From assembly GCA_023920165.1 (NCBI GenBank), contig CP089276.1:2480001-2544000 (forward strand): 64,000 nucleotides of DNA, read 5' to 3'. How positions within the stretch are numbered: position 1 is the first letter of the stretch; each line of letters opens with the position of its first letter. The position numbers and the translations under genes were made by a program. Below, piece by piece: positions 49,602 through 62,847 of this stretch. The notes beneath the pieces are model-generated. The model worked only from the letters and a program-made list of their open reading frames with translations, had not been told where the DNA came from and ran no database searches. This DNA comes from Curvularia clavata (lineage: Eukaryota).

Positions 49602-50666
49602 ATGAAGGAAACATTTGCTAGGGCTGGGGCTGCAACCCTGCTTGCTATGGTGGCCAACGCACAAATCTACCCAAACCAGAGCCCGTTGAACCATACCTGC
49701 CAGCTGCAGGAGCCTCTTCTGTCTTGCCCGTCGCAGGATCCTTCCAAGGTCGACTCCTGCTGCGTCGAGACCTTTGGTGGTCTGCTCTTGAGCACCCAAT
49801 TCTGGAACACGTACACTGGCCGTGAGTCCGAAGGCCAATTCCTGCCAACCGACACCTGGACGCTGCATGGTCTCTGGCCCGACTTTTGCAACGGCAGCTA
49901 CACGCAATATTGCGATCTCAGTCGCCAATATGATCCTATTCCATCCCCCAATACAACCAATGGACTACCCAATGGCACCGTCGTCCCCCCCTACAACGGA
50001 TCTAATATCGACACTTTCCTTGAGCCTTTTGGCCGCTACGACCTCCTAGAGTACATGAACACGTACTGGATTGCGTGGCAGCAGGACAACGCCGGGTTCC
50101 ATGCCCATGAGTTCTCCAAGCATGCAACCTGCTTCTCCACCTTCAACGTCCCCTGCTACGGTCCGCAGTACCGCAAGCACGAGGAGGTTGTCGACTTTTT
50201 CGAGACAGCCGTCAAGTACTACAAGAACTTTCCCACTTTTGACTGGCTTGCTGCTGAGGGCATCACTCCTTGCAACTCGACTACCTACTCGTACTCCGAC
50301 ATTGTAGATGTTCTGCAGAAGCAGCACGGCGGAATCCCCTTCTTGGGCTGCACGGGCCCTAGGTTCAACACCACTGCTGCTGGCAAGAACTCGACTGACC
50401 GTGGCTACACCATTCTGAACGAGGTGTGGTACTACGAGCATGTAAGTTATTTCTTGGAAAAACCCCCATTTTATTTGTATTTACCATGAAAACGCACCAT
50501 ACTAACTGTGAAAAAAAAACAGGTCTACGGACGCCCTCAGGAAGGAAACACGATTCCTGTAAACGCTTCGGCCAGCTACCTGACCAACTGTGCTACTACG
50601 CCAGGCGCCATCATCTATCCTGAGAGGAGCAACGGATCGGAGAAGGTCCCAACTGTTCCGTACTAG
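49602..50666 (+). CDS. Secreted ribonuclease T2, one intron (50442-50522)
   Basis: Signal-peptide-like start, DSCC, CAS-I WTLHGLWPD, CAS-II HEFSKHATC; second exon VYGRPQEG...YPER. Confidence 0.92.
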
Positions 50667-51099
50667 ACATGTGTTCGCCATGTAATATCCTTATCTTTTT
50701 TGTAAGAGTTTTGTACATAACTACACTATATCATGCGATATGAATACACGGGACGAGAACAATCATTGAATGCTATTCATGTTGAGAATGAGTACCGGAC
50801 AGCAGGTTAATCAAACTAATCGAAACAAATTACTCATGACTATTTTTTGCTTTGACGATGCCGGCTCGAAATGATTGAAATCAATTGTGCTTGGTCTTGA
50901 GTTTTGTAAATGCATACCAAATGGGCTGAAACAAGACACCACATAAATAAAATCAAGACAAGCAGGATACAAAAAAAACACCAAAATGGGATATCTATTG
51001 ATAGGGTATTAGCAGATCATGTAAACTAAAGGCTACATGCAGATATTTTCCGCCCGTTATTCATCCAAAATGCTATCCAGCGCCATATGAACCATTAAC

Positions 51100-54000
51100 T
51101 TATTGAGCCTTTACGTGTATAGTATCAGCTTCGTCTGCGGCCGAGCTCTCGATGGCGCGGGATTCGGAGCCAGCTCTTGAATCCGCCCGAGTGCCGTTGT
51201 GATCTCCCTTTGGCTCCTCTCTTGTCTCCCCACCTTTTTCTGGCTGTGGAGCGAGTTCATTGGGAGTCTGGCCGTCGTCCTCTGCACGGTCCTCAGCTTC
51301 ATCCATATCTACATCTTGTGTTTGTGGACTCTGTCTTTTGTCCATCTCTCCGTTGCGCTCTTTCTCTTCTTCCTTAACGGTCTTGTCTGCTTTGGCTGCC
51401 GACCGATGGCCGTGCGACCGTGTGTGAATGGTGTGATCGCAATCTTCTGCAAACACCTGGCTAGCATAGTCTTGCTGTTTGCGCGATGCAGCCAGACCCT
51501 CAGGGAAGATCTTGCCCATGATAGCCTTGTGCTTGTCGGTCGCGCTTGGTGGCACGGCAACTCCAGCTGGACTGGGGGTGTCAGTTGCACCAATCGAAGC
51601 GGCGTATTGGGTATTTGTGGGTGTGGGCGAGTGGCTGGTTTCTTGCTCCTTCCGCGCATGCACCTTCCGAAGATTCGCTGCTGACGATTGGGAACGCATA
51701 TCTGGACGGCCATCTTTCCTGATAAGAACACCGTCGGCATTACGGACAGGCTTGGTTCGAGTTCTCTTGGCTGAACCATAAGCTTCTCCGGATGGTCCGA
51801 AGCTGATACCACCCGCCACGCCTTGGAGACCAAGACTGGCAGCACGATCGCTGGTCATATAACCACCACGTCCGCCACTGCCACCACTGCCACGCCGTGC
51901 TATGCCACCTCGCCCCGAGCGTGCCATGTGGCTGTGAAAGTCCTCTGGACTACCCTGGGAGCTGTGAAGGCCTTGCCAATCATCCGATTCCCATTCGGGC
52001 GTTCCAAAAGAGCTATGGGGCTGCACCAACATGCTTTTTCGAACTCTACCGCCACGGCTTCCCGGTCCTCCGCCCCGACCCCGCCCTCGAGGTCGATATC
52101 CCATTATGGGCTGTGAATCGGACCGCAGGCTCTCGTCCGAGGGCCGATATTGCGGGGTATATGGGGAATAGAGGGGCTGTTGTGATTGCGATGAAGGGGC
52201 TGAGTCAGGTATGGCATTTTGAGACACGACAGCATGCGCGGGTGTCGAGAAGCGCGCGTCTGTGACTTCAGCTGCTGCAGGATTGGGAGCCGGATGCGAA
52301 GGTGTGTAGCCTGAGAATGGCTCAGCATCACCCAACTTTTGTCGCTTCGGGGAACTAGGGCCGTGCATTGTGGCCTCCTGCGGACTGTTCATGCCACTGT
52401 GGGAGTTGCGCTTTACTGCTGTGTTGATGGAGGCCCAACCATTCTGCTGACTGGGTGGAGGCTCAGTCCTCTGCGTGGTTTCCGACGTAGTCTTGGTAGC
52501 CGGCTGGCCAAACGACGGCTGGTGGTGCTGAACACTTGAAGCGCGTCGAGTTGGATCGCTGCCCTGCGTAAGTGTCGGGGTACTTGGGTGGGACGGTACT
52601 GTGGCATGGGCAGGGGGAGCTCCCGCTTCTCGTTGAATTTGGTACGTATGTGATGTTGATTGTGGAACCCCCGATTTGGCGCTTTCTTCCAGCCGATAAA
52701 TCTTGTTCTTCATAATTTCAATGTGGAGTTTCAAATTGTCAAGGTCGCTCGTCTTGTGCGACATGGCGGCGATTTGTTGTGCCATGAGCTCGAGTGCCGA
52801 ATCTTGGGCGCTAAGTTGGTGGTCTGGAGAAAATACCGATTTACGTGACTGTCTGTCCACTCTCCATGCCTCCATCTCTCGGCTGATAGACTCCATCACG
52901 TGACGCATGCTTTGCATTTCGTGTTGTAGTCGTGCTGCTGACTCTTCTACTTTTTGAATGTCTGCGCTCTGGCGGAATAGCTGATCCTGAAACTCTTGGC
53001 GAAGAGTGTCCTTGAGATGCTGAAAGGACTCCTCACTACGACGTATATCGCGAGTATGGGCCGCCAAAGCACCACTGTTCTGAGAAATCTGTGTTTGTAA
53101 ACGCTCAATGGCATCCATACTGATCGCGCCAGGCGAGCGAGGGTACTGATGGCCGTTTGTTTGAGATGTTTCTTGCGAGAATTGCGGTTTAGACATAGTA
53201 GCTTGAGATTCAGACAGAACAGAGCGGTTTTGTTGTGGCGATTCAGCCTCACGTAGGGGTTCCGCTGTAGGAGGGGACAGTGGCAATGTTTTGCTTGGCG
53301 CAGTCTGGATGGTGCTGTGCAATACATTGGTCACAGGAGGAGAAGGCATGGACGATGGTAGTGTTTTGAGGGGTTGCCTATCATGTTCGATAACATAGAC
53401 AGGTTGTTGTTTTCCTGGATCTTGGTCGTAGCGTAGTCCCAACGGACTACGGGAATACGTTGAATGATGTAAAGATGGCAAGCGTGAGTCGACCTCCATG
53501 GCTTCGGTTGGAGATGCTCTAGAAGAGTGTGTTTGTGAAAAGGGACTGGGAATGTCTTCAGCTGCTGACAAATCTGGCGCAGTGTCTTCCTGCGGCTCGA
53601 CGATGATGAATTGGCCTGGAGTGATTTCGCATTGCAACTCAATGCGGCTAAGTTTGAAGAAATCACGACCACTGTGGGGGAAGGGAAAAAATGTTAGCAA
53701 TCGTCTCAAGTGGGTTAAGGGTGTAAGATTTGTGTAGATGCAGCGACCAGCACTCCGAGTCAAAGTACAACATGTTGGGACACCACACACGCAGCAACCC
53801 ATGCTCGTGCACGCGCGACCAAGTAGTTTGACTCACCGAAATTTTCTTTTGGCCGCCGGGGCATCAATGACTGTGAAACCAATGGGCGTCTCGCCACAGC
53901 CAGGATGAGGGCAGATCAAGAGCTGGATGGTGCTGTGAGGGTGTCAGCTAAATAGGCGTATGTACAAAGTATATACGGACAGGAACGGAACGGCAGTAAT

Positions 54001-54607
54001 GCGGAACGTAGGAGAGACAGGTAGGGGGGCGGGGCGGCGAGGCGGGGGATGGTTTAATAGATGACAAGATATAGTGTGGAAATTATGTGGTACACACTAG
54101 CGCGCGTGCGCTTAGGGAAGAAAAATTAAAATACCATGTCACTTGAACTATACCGGGAGGCGGCAGAGTATATCGAGGACGCCTGATGATGATGGATGGC
54201 TGCGTGCTGATTGCTAAAACAAGAAAGTGTGCGCATGCGGCCGAAAGGGGAAAGAGTAATGCAAATGCGGGCTAAGCTTACCATCCTTCTACATCCGTGC
54301 CCTGTGCTGCTGGCTTAGGTTTGGGAGACGTGTGAAGGCTCATGGCATATGAGCCGAGCAGCGCAGGGACATAGTAACTGCCAGTGACTCGATGCCACGA
54401 GTTGTAAAAGTCGCCTATCTTGCGGCGGCAGTTTCGGCAGTGGGCCTGGGTAGAGCGCGTCGTTGTTGTTGTTGTTGTCGTCGTCGTGGTTGTGGGTGGC
54501 GATGTTGCGGCAGCGCGGCCTAGGATGATGCCAGAGGCGGGCTGCGCAACTTTGGTCGAGTCGCCATAGTCGTGCGGACGAGACAGCTGGTGATATTGGA
54601 TGCTCAT
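51100..54607 (-). CDS. Protein with Yippee/Mis18-like N-terminal Zn domain, coiled coil, RGG-rich region; three exons
   Basis: Exons ~54607-54282, 53933-53837, 53673-51100 splice in frame: HCRNCRRKIG...VEGC|TIQLLICPHPGCGETPIGF...FR|GRDFFKLSRI. Coiled coil AIERLQTQISQN...; LIRKDGRPDMRSQSSAANLRK. Confidence 0.65.
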
Positions 54608-56180
54608 ACTTTCTGTAGTACTATCACCAATACGAAACTGTCTTGTGCTCGCCGCTATAGACAGCCCATGGAGACGGACCGAAAGGATCGATCGCCGTGC
54701 GGTAACACGCAGGCGCGGGCAGGCAGATCTGTCACTGTTTGCTCGCCAACGGCAGGTAAGCGGAGTAATTCTGGGTGCAAGGAGAACCGTTTGGGCAATT
54801 GCCAAGGGTGGGCGATGGAGGTGGGAAAGGTGGGAAAGGTGGGAATGGGCCGAGTAATAGGAACACTAGTTGGGCTCTACTTTGTAGGTAAAGTAGGTGA
54901 TAATAGCTGGCGCGAGCGATAGAGAAGGAGTGAGAGACCCGGAGGCGAAGAAAGAAAGGGCGACTGACTTGACGACAAAGCACAAAGTGGTCCACTCGAG
55001 TCGCGAGGGGGAACCTTCCTGTACCGGGGCGCCAGGGTCGAAAAACCAAGTTAGGGAGAGAATTAGGACAAGTGAAATAATTAGTACAGCTTAATTCATT
55101 ATTGGCTCGTCTCGTGTCCCGGCGGAGCCTAGCGCGGCCTCGACATTTAGACGTGCTCTATCAGCTATTATGAATAAGCCTCTGAGCCGTGTGGTGTCGC
55201 AAGCGCGACGCGCCAGCGGTTCCGAATCATGCTTCACGGTTGTCATTGTCATTTATGCGAGTGGGCCATGTCCATGCGACGACCTGTGTGCGGTAGATTG
55301 CCAGACGTATCTAGATAGATAGGCAATGGTACATGTCGGGTATTTGCCGACTTTCTCCCAACGCCGGCCTGCCACTATCCAAGGCGAGACAAAGACCCGC
55401 CGGCTCCTGTATCCAAGTACATTGAAACATTGGTTGGCCTTATGAGCGATCACGATCAAGTTGCCACGATTCCCTGCTCAAGGTTTCATGGCTGACCAGG
55501 GCATAAGAGACTGATGATAAGGCACCACCATCCCCCAGCAGCGCATCGCATCCGCAATACGATAATAGACTTGTCGCTATCCTACATAGTCGATCCTCCA
55601 CATGCAATAAGTAAGCCCTTGACCTTGGTGCCGCCCGCCCCCAATGCAAGCTTTGCCTTACGTACAAGTAGGGCGGCAGCACAATCAAACTGCTCAACCC
55701 AGGCCGCAGTTCCCAACAGCCGGCGACAAAGCCGATCATGTAGTCATACGCTCTACGAAAAATTTTGATTTTACTTTGTGCATCCGATAGGATACGACGG
55801 AGCCAAAGGCTTGCGCTAACGTAGCTTTAGGCAAAGGTAATATCGACAGGGATCTTGATTGTCGTCTGTGCGTCCGATACGCCCAATAAACCCCGTACTG
55901 TAATACATGCTGAAACGGCATCCACCCAGCCTGGCTGCATACAACCGATGATTGCTTTTTTGCATTACAACTTTGCCATTATCCGCTCGTCGCCTCGTCG
56001 CACACCGCGCTTCTAGAATGCCCGTGACTGCGGAAATTGACCTGCCAAGGCCTAATATAGGCGCGTATTGTACTTACTATTACATACATATTGATATGCA
56101 CATACGAGCCCTGTTTCGCCTTGCGCATAACACGACGTATGTGCATGCATCGCCTACATGTATAGTACATAGTACATGCC

Positions 56181-58562
56181 TTACTTGACTACAATGAAGC
56201 CAACGCCGTTGCGCGCGTCTTGGCAGGCTTTGGACAGTGCTTGCACCTCGGTATCCGTCCACTGCACACTGAGATTGTCCCACTTCTTCGTGGCGTACTC
56301 GCGGCGATACTGCTGGTTCATGGCTTGCAGCCGTCGGATTTCTCGAGGGTCGCCCGTCCCACTGTACACAATAAAGGCCGTGCAGCGTGGCAAAGAGTCG
56401 TACACTTGGCCGATTCGCTCAACCGTCTTAGCAACAGCGTCGCCAAGCTCGGCGCCCTGTAGATCCACATGCCCATCGGCCCTCTCTCTTGATAGACCCA
56501 GTCGCTCAAGCGCATTTTTGCGAATGAGCTCAACGTCTGCTGACTTTGCGTCATCCCACCATCCTCTTGCAAGCTCCAGCTCCCGTAGTCGTCCCCAAAT
56601 AAAATCAATCTTGTCAGTGGTGCCGTCGTTGCCCTCGGCCTGGCCTTTGAGGGTACGGTCAATCGCTTCGACCACTTCATCGTCCGTCTTGCAGCCTATC
56701 GACACTTTAGCCTGGCTGCCGTATCCTCTATTCGGGTCGCCCCAGTCGATGATGGCTCCCGCACGATGTACGTCGTTGGACTTTGGTCGCATGGCCCGAC
56801 CCAATCGCTTGAAAATGGACTCGGCATTGGTGTCGCTCGACCCCCATCGTGGACCCTTCTCGCACTTTTGCTTGACCAAGTCAAGACATGTGCGAGCATC
56901 TTCTATACTATCATGGCCCTGCGAGCCTTTCTGGACTTCGCGCTTGAGATACTTCTGCGCAAGCCACTTGAGAGACTGTTTGTAGGGTGGGCCGCGAGGA
57001 TGGGGGTAGAGAATACCCGTGTCCACAATAAAGGGATGAGTCAGCTTGATTGCATTGAGATCCGAGTTCAACGAGTGTCCGAGAAGGATGGTGCGCGGCG
57101 TGATAAGGTCCAACAACTCCTTTTGTATGTCTCCCAGACTTGTCGTGACATCTTGCAGCATGGCCGCCGTGATGCCCGACCATTGTGTTAGATAATCTTT
57201 GATCGTAACATTGGGCTTGACCAACTTATCAAGGACCACATCGCCGTCCCAGTTCACGAGACTGATGCGAGTAAGCACAAGCTCGTCGTTCTCGGCTTTG
57301 CACATTTCACAATCCATAGCGAGAATGTCCCTTCCAGCGCTGAGACTGCCCTGCTCTATCTCTTCTTCAGGTACATCTCCCTCTTCCAAACTGGCTACAT
57401 TGGTATCGACCCAACCATCCTGCGTGGTCTGATTGGCCAGTTTCCTTCTCTCTTCATTAGCCTCCCTAGACTCGGGCGTCGTAAACATGGCTGGGTGGAG
57501 CACGTATTCGTTCTCTTGTTGTTCTATGAGTGTGGCAACGTATTCACTGATACGTGTGCGCTGATTCTGCCAATGGCTTGAGTTCTGCGGCATGGGTCCT
57601 TTGTGGTTACCAGACTTCTTCAGTTGCTTTTCCTCTTGAGTCTTGGGAATTTGCGAGGTGAGCATGCTGTGCATGGGCGAATGAAGTCGCGAATATTGAT
57701 GGTTACGGTGTTCACCAATGGCTTTAATGGGCCACACGTGCTCAAAAATGCCAGACAGAGGCTTCAGCGATGCTGGCAGCCGGTCTGGGTTCAAATTCGC
57801 AGGGTAGAAGTCGTCCGATGAGATATGCAGCCGCTTTGGTTTGTTGGCTGTGGCATCTCCTTCAGCAGCTTGACCAAGCGGCGATGCATTCTCCAGAGGA
57901 ACGTCTCCATTGAACATAGCCAAGTCTAGTCCTGGAACCATGAGCATAACAACCTGCTGGATGTTTGCCCGACTCCGCACAGAAACCCATTGCGGAGCGT
58001 TTCCATCAGCAAGCAGATAGAGCACTAGCGCCTGCAAATCGGTGATCTTGATATGCGAGTTCAGGCGTGCATGATGGGAGTGTTCAATGGCTGGGTAGCT
58101 CCTCTGCAGCTTGCGTTCCTTCCTGCGCTCCTCTCTTGATAGATTGTCCTCCGAGTACTGGGCGTCATCCTTGTGTATAGCAAAGGGGTTTTCGGTGGGT
58201 GACACGCGGCTTCTACGTTGTTCGCTGCTGGTAAAGGGATTGTCGAGTGTTGCATCTGGCCGGGGCGCAGGCGACTGTTTCTTTATCTCGGACAGCCCGT
58301 TGGTGTCACCGGAAGGGTTGCGACTATGGGGAGGTGGTGAGGGAGATTGTGAAGCTTGTTGCCTGCTGCCAACGTCATGTGCGTCGCGCTGCCTTCTCCT
58401 CTTCTTGTGCGCGCCGGCAACTGTCCAGCCGTCATCGTCGACCGTCGTTGTGGTTGTCGCGTGGTCTAGCTGGTCATTGCTGCGCATGTGCGCCAAAGTC
58501 GCGCCGAGTCCGACATCGACTGGAGGCCGCTCGTCGTGGCCACCTCTCTTTCTTTTGGACAT
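56181..58562 (-). CDS. REX1: DEDDh 3'-5' RNA exonuclease, REX1/RNH70-like
   Basis: AMDCEMC, DYLTQWSGIT, GHSLNSDL, SLKWLAQKYL, GHDSIEDA. Likely start MSKRKR at 58562. Confidence 0.88.
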   Translation of the reverse strand: MSKRKRGGHDERPPVDVGLGATLAHMRSNDQLDHATTTTTVDDDGWTVAGAHKKRRRQRDAHDVGSRQQASQSPSPPPHSRNPSGDTNGLSEIKKQSPAPRPDATLDNPFTSSEQRRSRVSPTENPFAIHKDDAQYSEDNLSREERRKERKLQRSYPAIEHSHHARLNSHIKITDLQALVLYLLADGNAPQWVSVRSRANIQQVVMLMVPGLDLAMFNGDVPLENASPLGQAAEGDATANKPKRLHISSDDFYPANLNPDRLPASLKPLSGIFEHVWPIKAIGEHRNHQYSRLHSPMHSMLTSQIPKTQEEKQLKKSGNHKGPMPQNSSHWQNQRTRISEYVATLIEQQENEYVLHPAMFTTPESREANEERRKLANQTTQDGWVDTNVASLEEGDVPEEEIEQGSLSAGRDILAMDCEMCKAENDELVLTRISLVNWDGDVVLDKLVKPNVTIKDYLTQWSGITAAMLQDVTTSLGDIQKELLDLITPRTILLGHSLNSDLNAIKLTHPFIVDTGILYPHPRGPPYKQSLKWLAQKYLKREVQKGSQGHDSIEDARTCLDLVKQKCEKGPRWGSSDTNAESIFKRLGRAMRPKSNDVHRAGAIIDWGDPNRGYGSQAKVSIGCKTDDEVVEAIDRTLKGQAEGNDGTTDKIDFIWGRLRELELARGWWDDAKSADVELIRKNALERLGLSRERADGHVDLQGAELGDAVAKTVERIGQVYDSLPRCTAFIVYSGTGDPREIRRLQAMNQQYRREYATKKWDNLSVQWTDTEVQALSKACQDARNGVGFIVVK

Positions 58563-60372
58563 GTCGGCGCTGTTCAGTAGGCGTGGCGGGTCGCAGATTT
58601 GCGCGACACGATTGCGTGAAAGAATGTTGCCGCTGGGACTTGCCAAAATGTTGTCGCATTGACCCATTGACGTAGCGCTAGTGTAGGCGGTCGTTCCGCC
58701 CTCTAGGTATTCCGCATGTCTGTGCACATCTAGTAGACACACACTTCGCCATGATCACTCTCATCTTTGCTTTCCCCTCGCGCATGCTTACCATCGACAC
58801 TGATTTTACAAGAAACCAACTTCTCATCGCAAATAGTCGCGTCAGGATGGAAAACACAATCCCCGTAGCCGAGTCGCGTTCCCATCGTTCTAGAACATCA
58901 ATGTCTATCCGTAAAATTGACCCCCGCTTTTTATTGCCCTACAGTGGTAACATATCTCGTCAAAGTGAGTCTGTCAAGACCAATCATCTTGCTACCACTA
59001 GTTTCAGATCGTGAGTGCGTGTCCAGGAACTCCTGGATGACTTCTCAGAGTGACGACCCCCTTGTAAGCAATTTATCTCGATGTGCCCGAAGGTCCTGAC
59101 ACAGTAACAGTAACAGTAACCGTAACCTTACTCTGCTAGCATTTGGCCTGCCTACAGAAACTCACTACCGATATTGCATGCAATATCCTGGTCTGTGTGG
59201 TCTGCATGACGATATAGTACCAACAAAGATTATAACAGAGAGTAACCGTGGACTATGTTTCTTGGAGCCAATCTAAAGTAATTAAACTAAGTACATGGGG
59301 TGCGCATAAGCTGTTGAAGAAACTTCTGATATGATAGTCACTCTGTCGTCATCGTGAGATCTATTAATCAAATGAGGCTTGCTTGTACAGGCTTTATTGT
59401 CATGAAAATAACCGAAGTTGCCTCGAGTAGATACGGCTAAATGAATACGGAAGTGGTTCTGTCTCTAAAAGCCTGTAGAATAAATGAACTGTGGTTGATT
59501 CGCTTGTTCGAAGTCCTCCGAGTGCTAGCATGAGAAATGCCGCAGCACTGAGCTTTGCGCATCCTTCTCATGAAGGGATGTTACATGACCAGAAACTTGC
59601 CTGCAAGCACGGGAGTACGCAGGCTAATAGAAGGTTTGGATATGAGATGTTCATGGCTAAAGCCGATGGGGATACCTGTTACGTTCTTCTGAGTCCAGCA
59701 TCACTCGTGACCAAATTTCATGTCCTACTCCTGTATGTTAGGCATGTATTTTCAATCCCAGTCTTCCCCATCCGACCTTACCAAGGGGAATGAGAAACTC
59801 ATATTCATAATCCGCATCGGAGCTCATGATCCTCGTTTGCAATAGATTAGCTTGTGGATCTACTTCGGGCAATTTACAGCCATCACATCCATACGAGTGT
59901 GGCCACCAAGTTTCAATCCCCGCTTTACGTAGTGTGGTTGAAACAATTAGTAATCGGGTGACAGTTGGCTTGTCTTCTAAGCCATCCCAACGATTGTCGT
60001 GTGAAATAAGAATATCTTATCGCGTTTTTTAAGGCTGGTTGAGAATAACATAACTCATGTCAACACATCTCCAGCCTACAGAAGCACAATGTTTGGCCCA
60101 AACGGTTAAGCGTTCAGCTCCAATATCTGGTTACCTGTAAAGTTCTACCAGATTACGGAATCCTGACGTGGAGCCAACGTAAGCATACAGACCTCGCAGT
60201 TGGCTATAGGAGATGGAATACAGACCTACCTAGGCAGATGACTCTTACCGCAGCCACTAAAGTCAAATCAAGAGCGAAGTCGCTCCCAAGCTTTCTGGAT
60301 GGTTATCTCATATATACTAGCGCCAATGATGAAGCGACAGCCCAGGTTACCCGAATAGGGACCATCAATTTC

Positions 60373-61700
60373 CTATGGCATATTCACTCTGACTGACGCA
60401 CTGTGTATTTCAGAGAGAACAGCATGCAACGCCTCTGCGTCCCGAACAAGCCGGTGAAACAAGTCTTTGAACAAGCACATGACAATTGCTACCACCAAGG
60501 CTTCGAAAGGACATACGCCCGAATTAATACATCCTTCTTTGTCAGGAAATTGGCACAGCAACTCAGATCATACATACAACACTGTCCTTCGTGTTTGCTG
60601 AATCAGACAGTGAGACATCGGCGGCATGGAGACCTTCAGCCGGTGGACCACACCGTGCAACCATTTGAGATGGTATGTATCGACTTGGTCACGGCGTTGC
60701 CAGAGACCAGGGACAACTTCTAAGCCTTCATGACTCGAACGTGCCACAAATCCAAAGCAATCGGGATCACCCTGGGACGAGATAATTGGGGAGGAGAAGG
60801 ATAGGGAGCGGCAATGATGAAAGACCACTACAGCCAAGGCTGGGGACACCCGCGAAGAATCATTAGTGATCGGGACAGACGTTTTCTGGACGGAATTTTC
60901 AACAAAATGATTCGGGACCTGGGAGGAGAGTTCTTTTCTACGACAGCATGGCATCCTGATGCGGACGGACAAAGTGAACGTACGAGCCAGACGGTGGAGA
61001 TAGCCCTACGATCCTTCATCACAGAATATCCTGACGCAGACCGGACAGATACAACACCACACATCCTCAACTCAAGCCAAAACGCCTCGACAGGAGTCAC
61101 ACCATTCGAATACCTCTACGGGTTCAATCCCCACAATGGTTTCGACATCCTGACAAGTCAGGACATCATGATCCCGGAAGAATACACAGCGGCACGCATA
61201 CATTTTCGGGAGATGGGCGAGCAGTCGATTGCTTTTGCCCGGATGAAACAAAAGTTTCATTTCGACAAGAGGCATCAATCACTGAGACTAAAACCGGGAG
61301 ACCAAGCTCTCCTCCACCTGCATCACGGCTATAAGTTGACGGGACACCTCAATCGAAAGTTGGATCGCCAGCGGGAGGGACCACTACACATCGTGGAAAC
61401 AGTCGGGAAAAACGCCTATCGCATAGAAGTAACACCCGGAATGAAAATCCATGATGTTATTACAGCACACCAGCTGGAACCAATGCCATCGGGAACGGAC
61501 CCATGGGGCAGAGATTTCCCAAATCCTCAGCCGATTCGGCAGGAAGACGAGGATAGGGAATTCTATCCAATCGATTACATCATAAAACGCCGCATAAACA
61601 CACATTAGGGAGAAGCGGAGTACTTGGTCAAATGGCGAAACCAGCCCCATTCACACAACAGCTGAAAAACCTACGACGAGCGGGAAACAGCAAAAGAGAT
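60373..61700 (+). mobile_element. Degenerate Ty3/Gypsy integrase-chromodomain relic without RIP signature; no LTR seen
   Basis: HDNCYHQG...CPSC, IDLVT, IISDRD, TAWHPDADGQSER, GPLHIVE, then YPIDYIIKRR...EYLVKW. Internal stops at 60721, ~61606 and ~61663. Confidence 0.85.
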
Positions 61701-62016
61701 GCGACGGGACTTCGATCAGAGCCATCCCATGACAATACGGGACTTACGCATTCAGAAGAAGACACGTAACCGAATCGTGAAAAGTCTGGCAAAGGAACGA
61801 ACTCGGGAAAAGTACACCAACCACGCGGAACAAAACGAATCATCACAACAAAACGCGCCAATCAACACACCAATGTTTCCCGATTCAACAAGGGAAGAAG
61901 GAGACGATAACGAGGGAGAAACAGAGGAACTGGCAGAATTGTACAAACCCAGGAAACGAAATCCATGCCTCCACGACCGCCTGAAGTCGCGCAACATACA
62001 TCAGGGCGGGAATCAG

Positions 62017-62106
62017 CTACCCTCACCCTCACCCCTACCTTCACCCTCACCCCTACCTTCACCCTCACCCCTACCTTCACCCTCACCCCTACCTTCACCC
62101 TCACCC
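62017..62106 (+). repeat. 18-bp tandem repeat CTACCTTCACCCTCACCC x5 (LPSPSP in frame)
   Basis: Directly visible. Confidence 0.95.
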
Positions 62107-62847
62107 CCATCCTCAGCGCTCAACCAACAATTCGGGAGCCCAATATCCCCACGAAGAACCCGAAGAGCAACAAACACACGAATTTGACTATATGGCAGAG
62201 CCGTTCAAGCGTCCGCACAGGAAAGACATTCTAGAAACGCCCAATCACAACTGCGAGTGTCGGGAAAACAAGCGAGACGCAGGTACAAGGTGAAAGACAA
62301 GTGAAGGCAAGGTGAGAGAAGAACTGGCACACACCGCTACGACCACGCACCAACTACTGGATATAATTACGACGCCCACCAGAAAAATAAACGATCACTC
62401 CCACACCATCGCGAAACCACATTACTACTCCATCCCGAACAACCATAGCCACAATACGAGACTGGCGACAAGAGGAACCAACATGTTCCGCTCAAAGGCA
62501 CTCGGACTCACCCGGGATGACCCGGACGAGTCGGGCGACATCACGATCAACAAGACGGCAGCAACCCAACGCTTCCAGCACCTCGAAGACCTGCTCGCGG
62601 CTTTCCAGGCATATCAAGATCACACCCAGACTCAGAAACCAAATGAAGAACCAGAGCAGATGACTTGGGACAACCTAACCGGCCACCTCTTGTCAATCAG
62701 AATGGCTTCCCGAGACCTGGCAAGAGATATGGGTTTGGACATTGGTACAAAGAGCTACATGATCGGCGAGATGCAAAAGAACGAGCCTTTCCCGTTGACG
62801 AGCATCACGAAAAACTCAGCGTATTCCCGGGATGATTTGAATTTCTA

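Noticed and set aside
51100..54607. Functional link between the Mis18-like gene and the CenH3-like hAT cargo
   Set aside because: The hAT is a late nested insertion over 30 kb away; proximity is most simply chance.
54820..59130. Short simple repeats (GTGGGAAAG x3 at ~54821, ACAGTA x3-4 at ~59101) and antisense ORFs over REX1
   Set aside because: Ordinary low-complexity sequence and shadow ORFs of GC-rich coding DNA.
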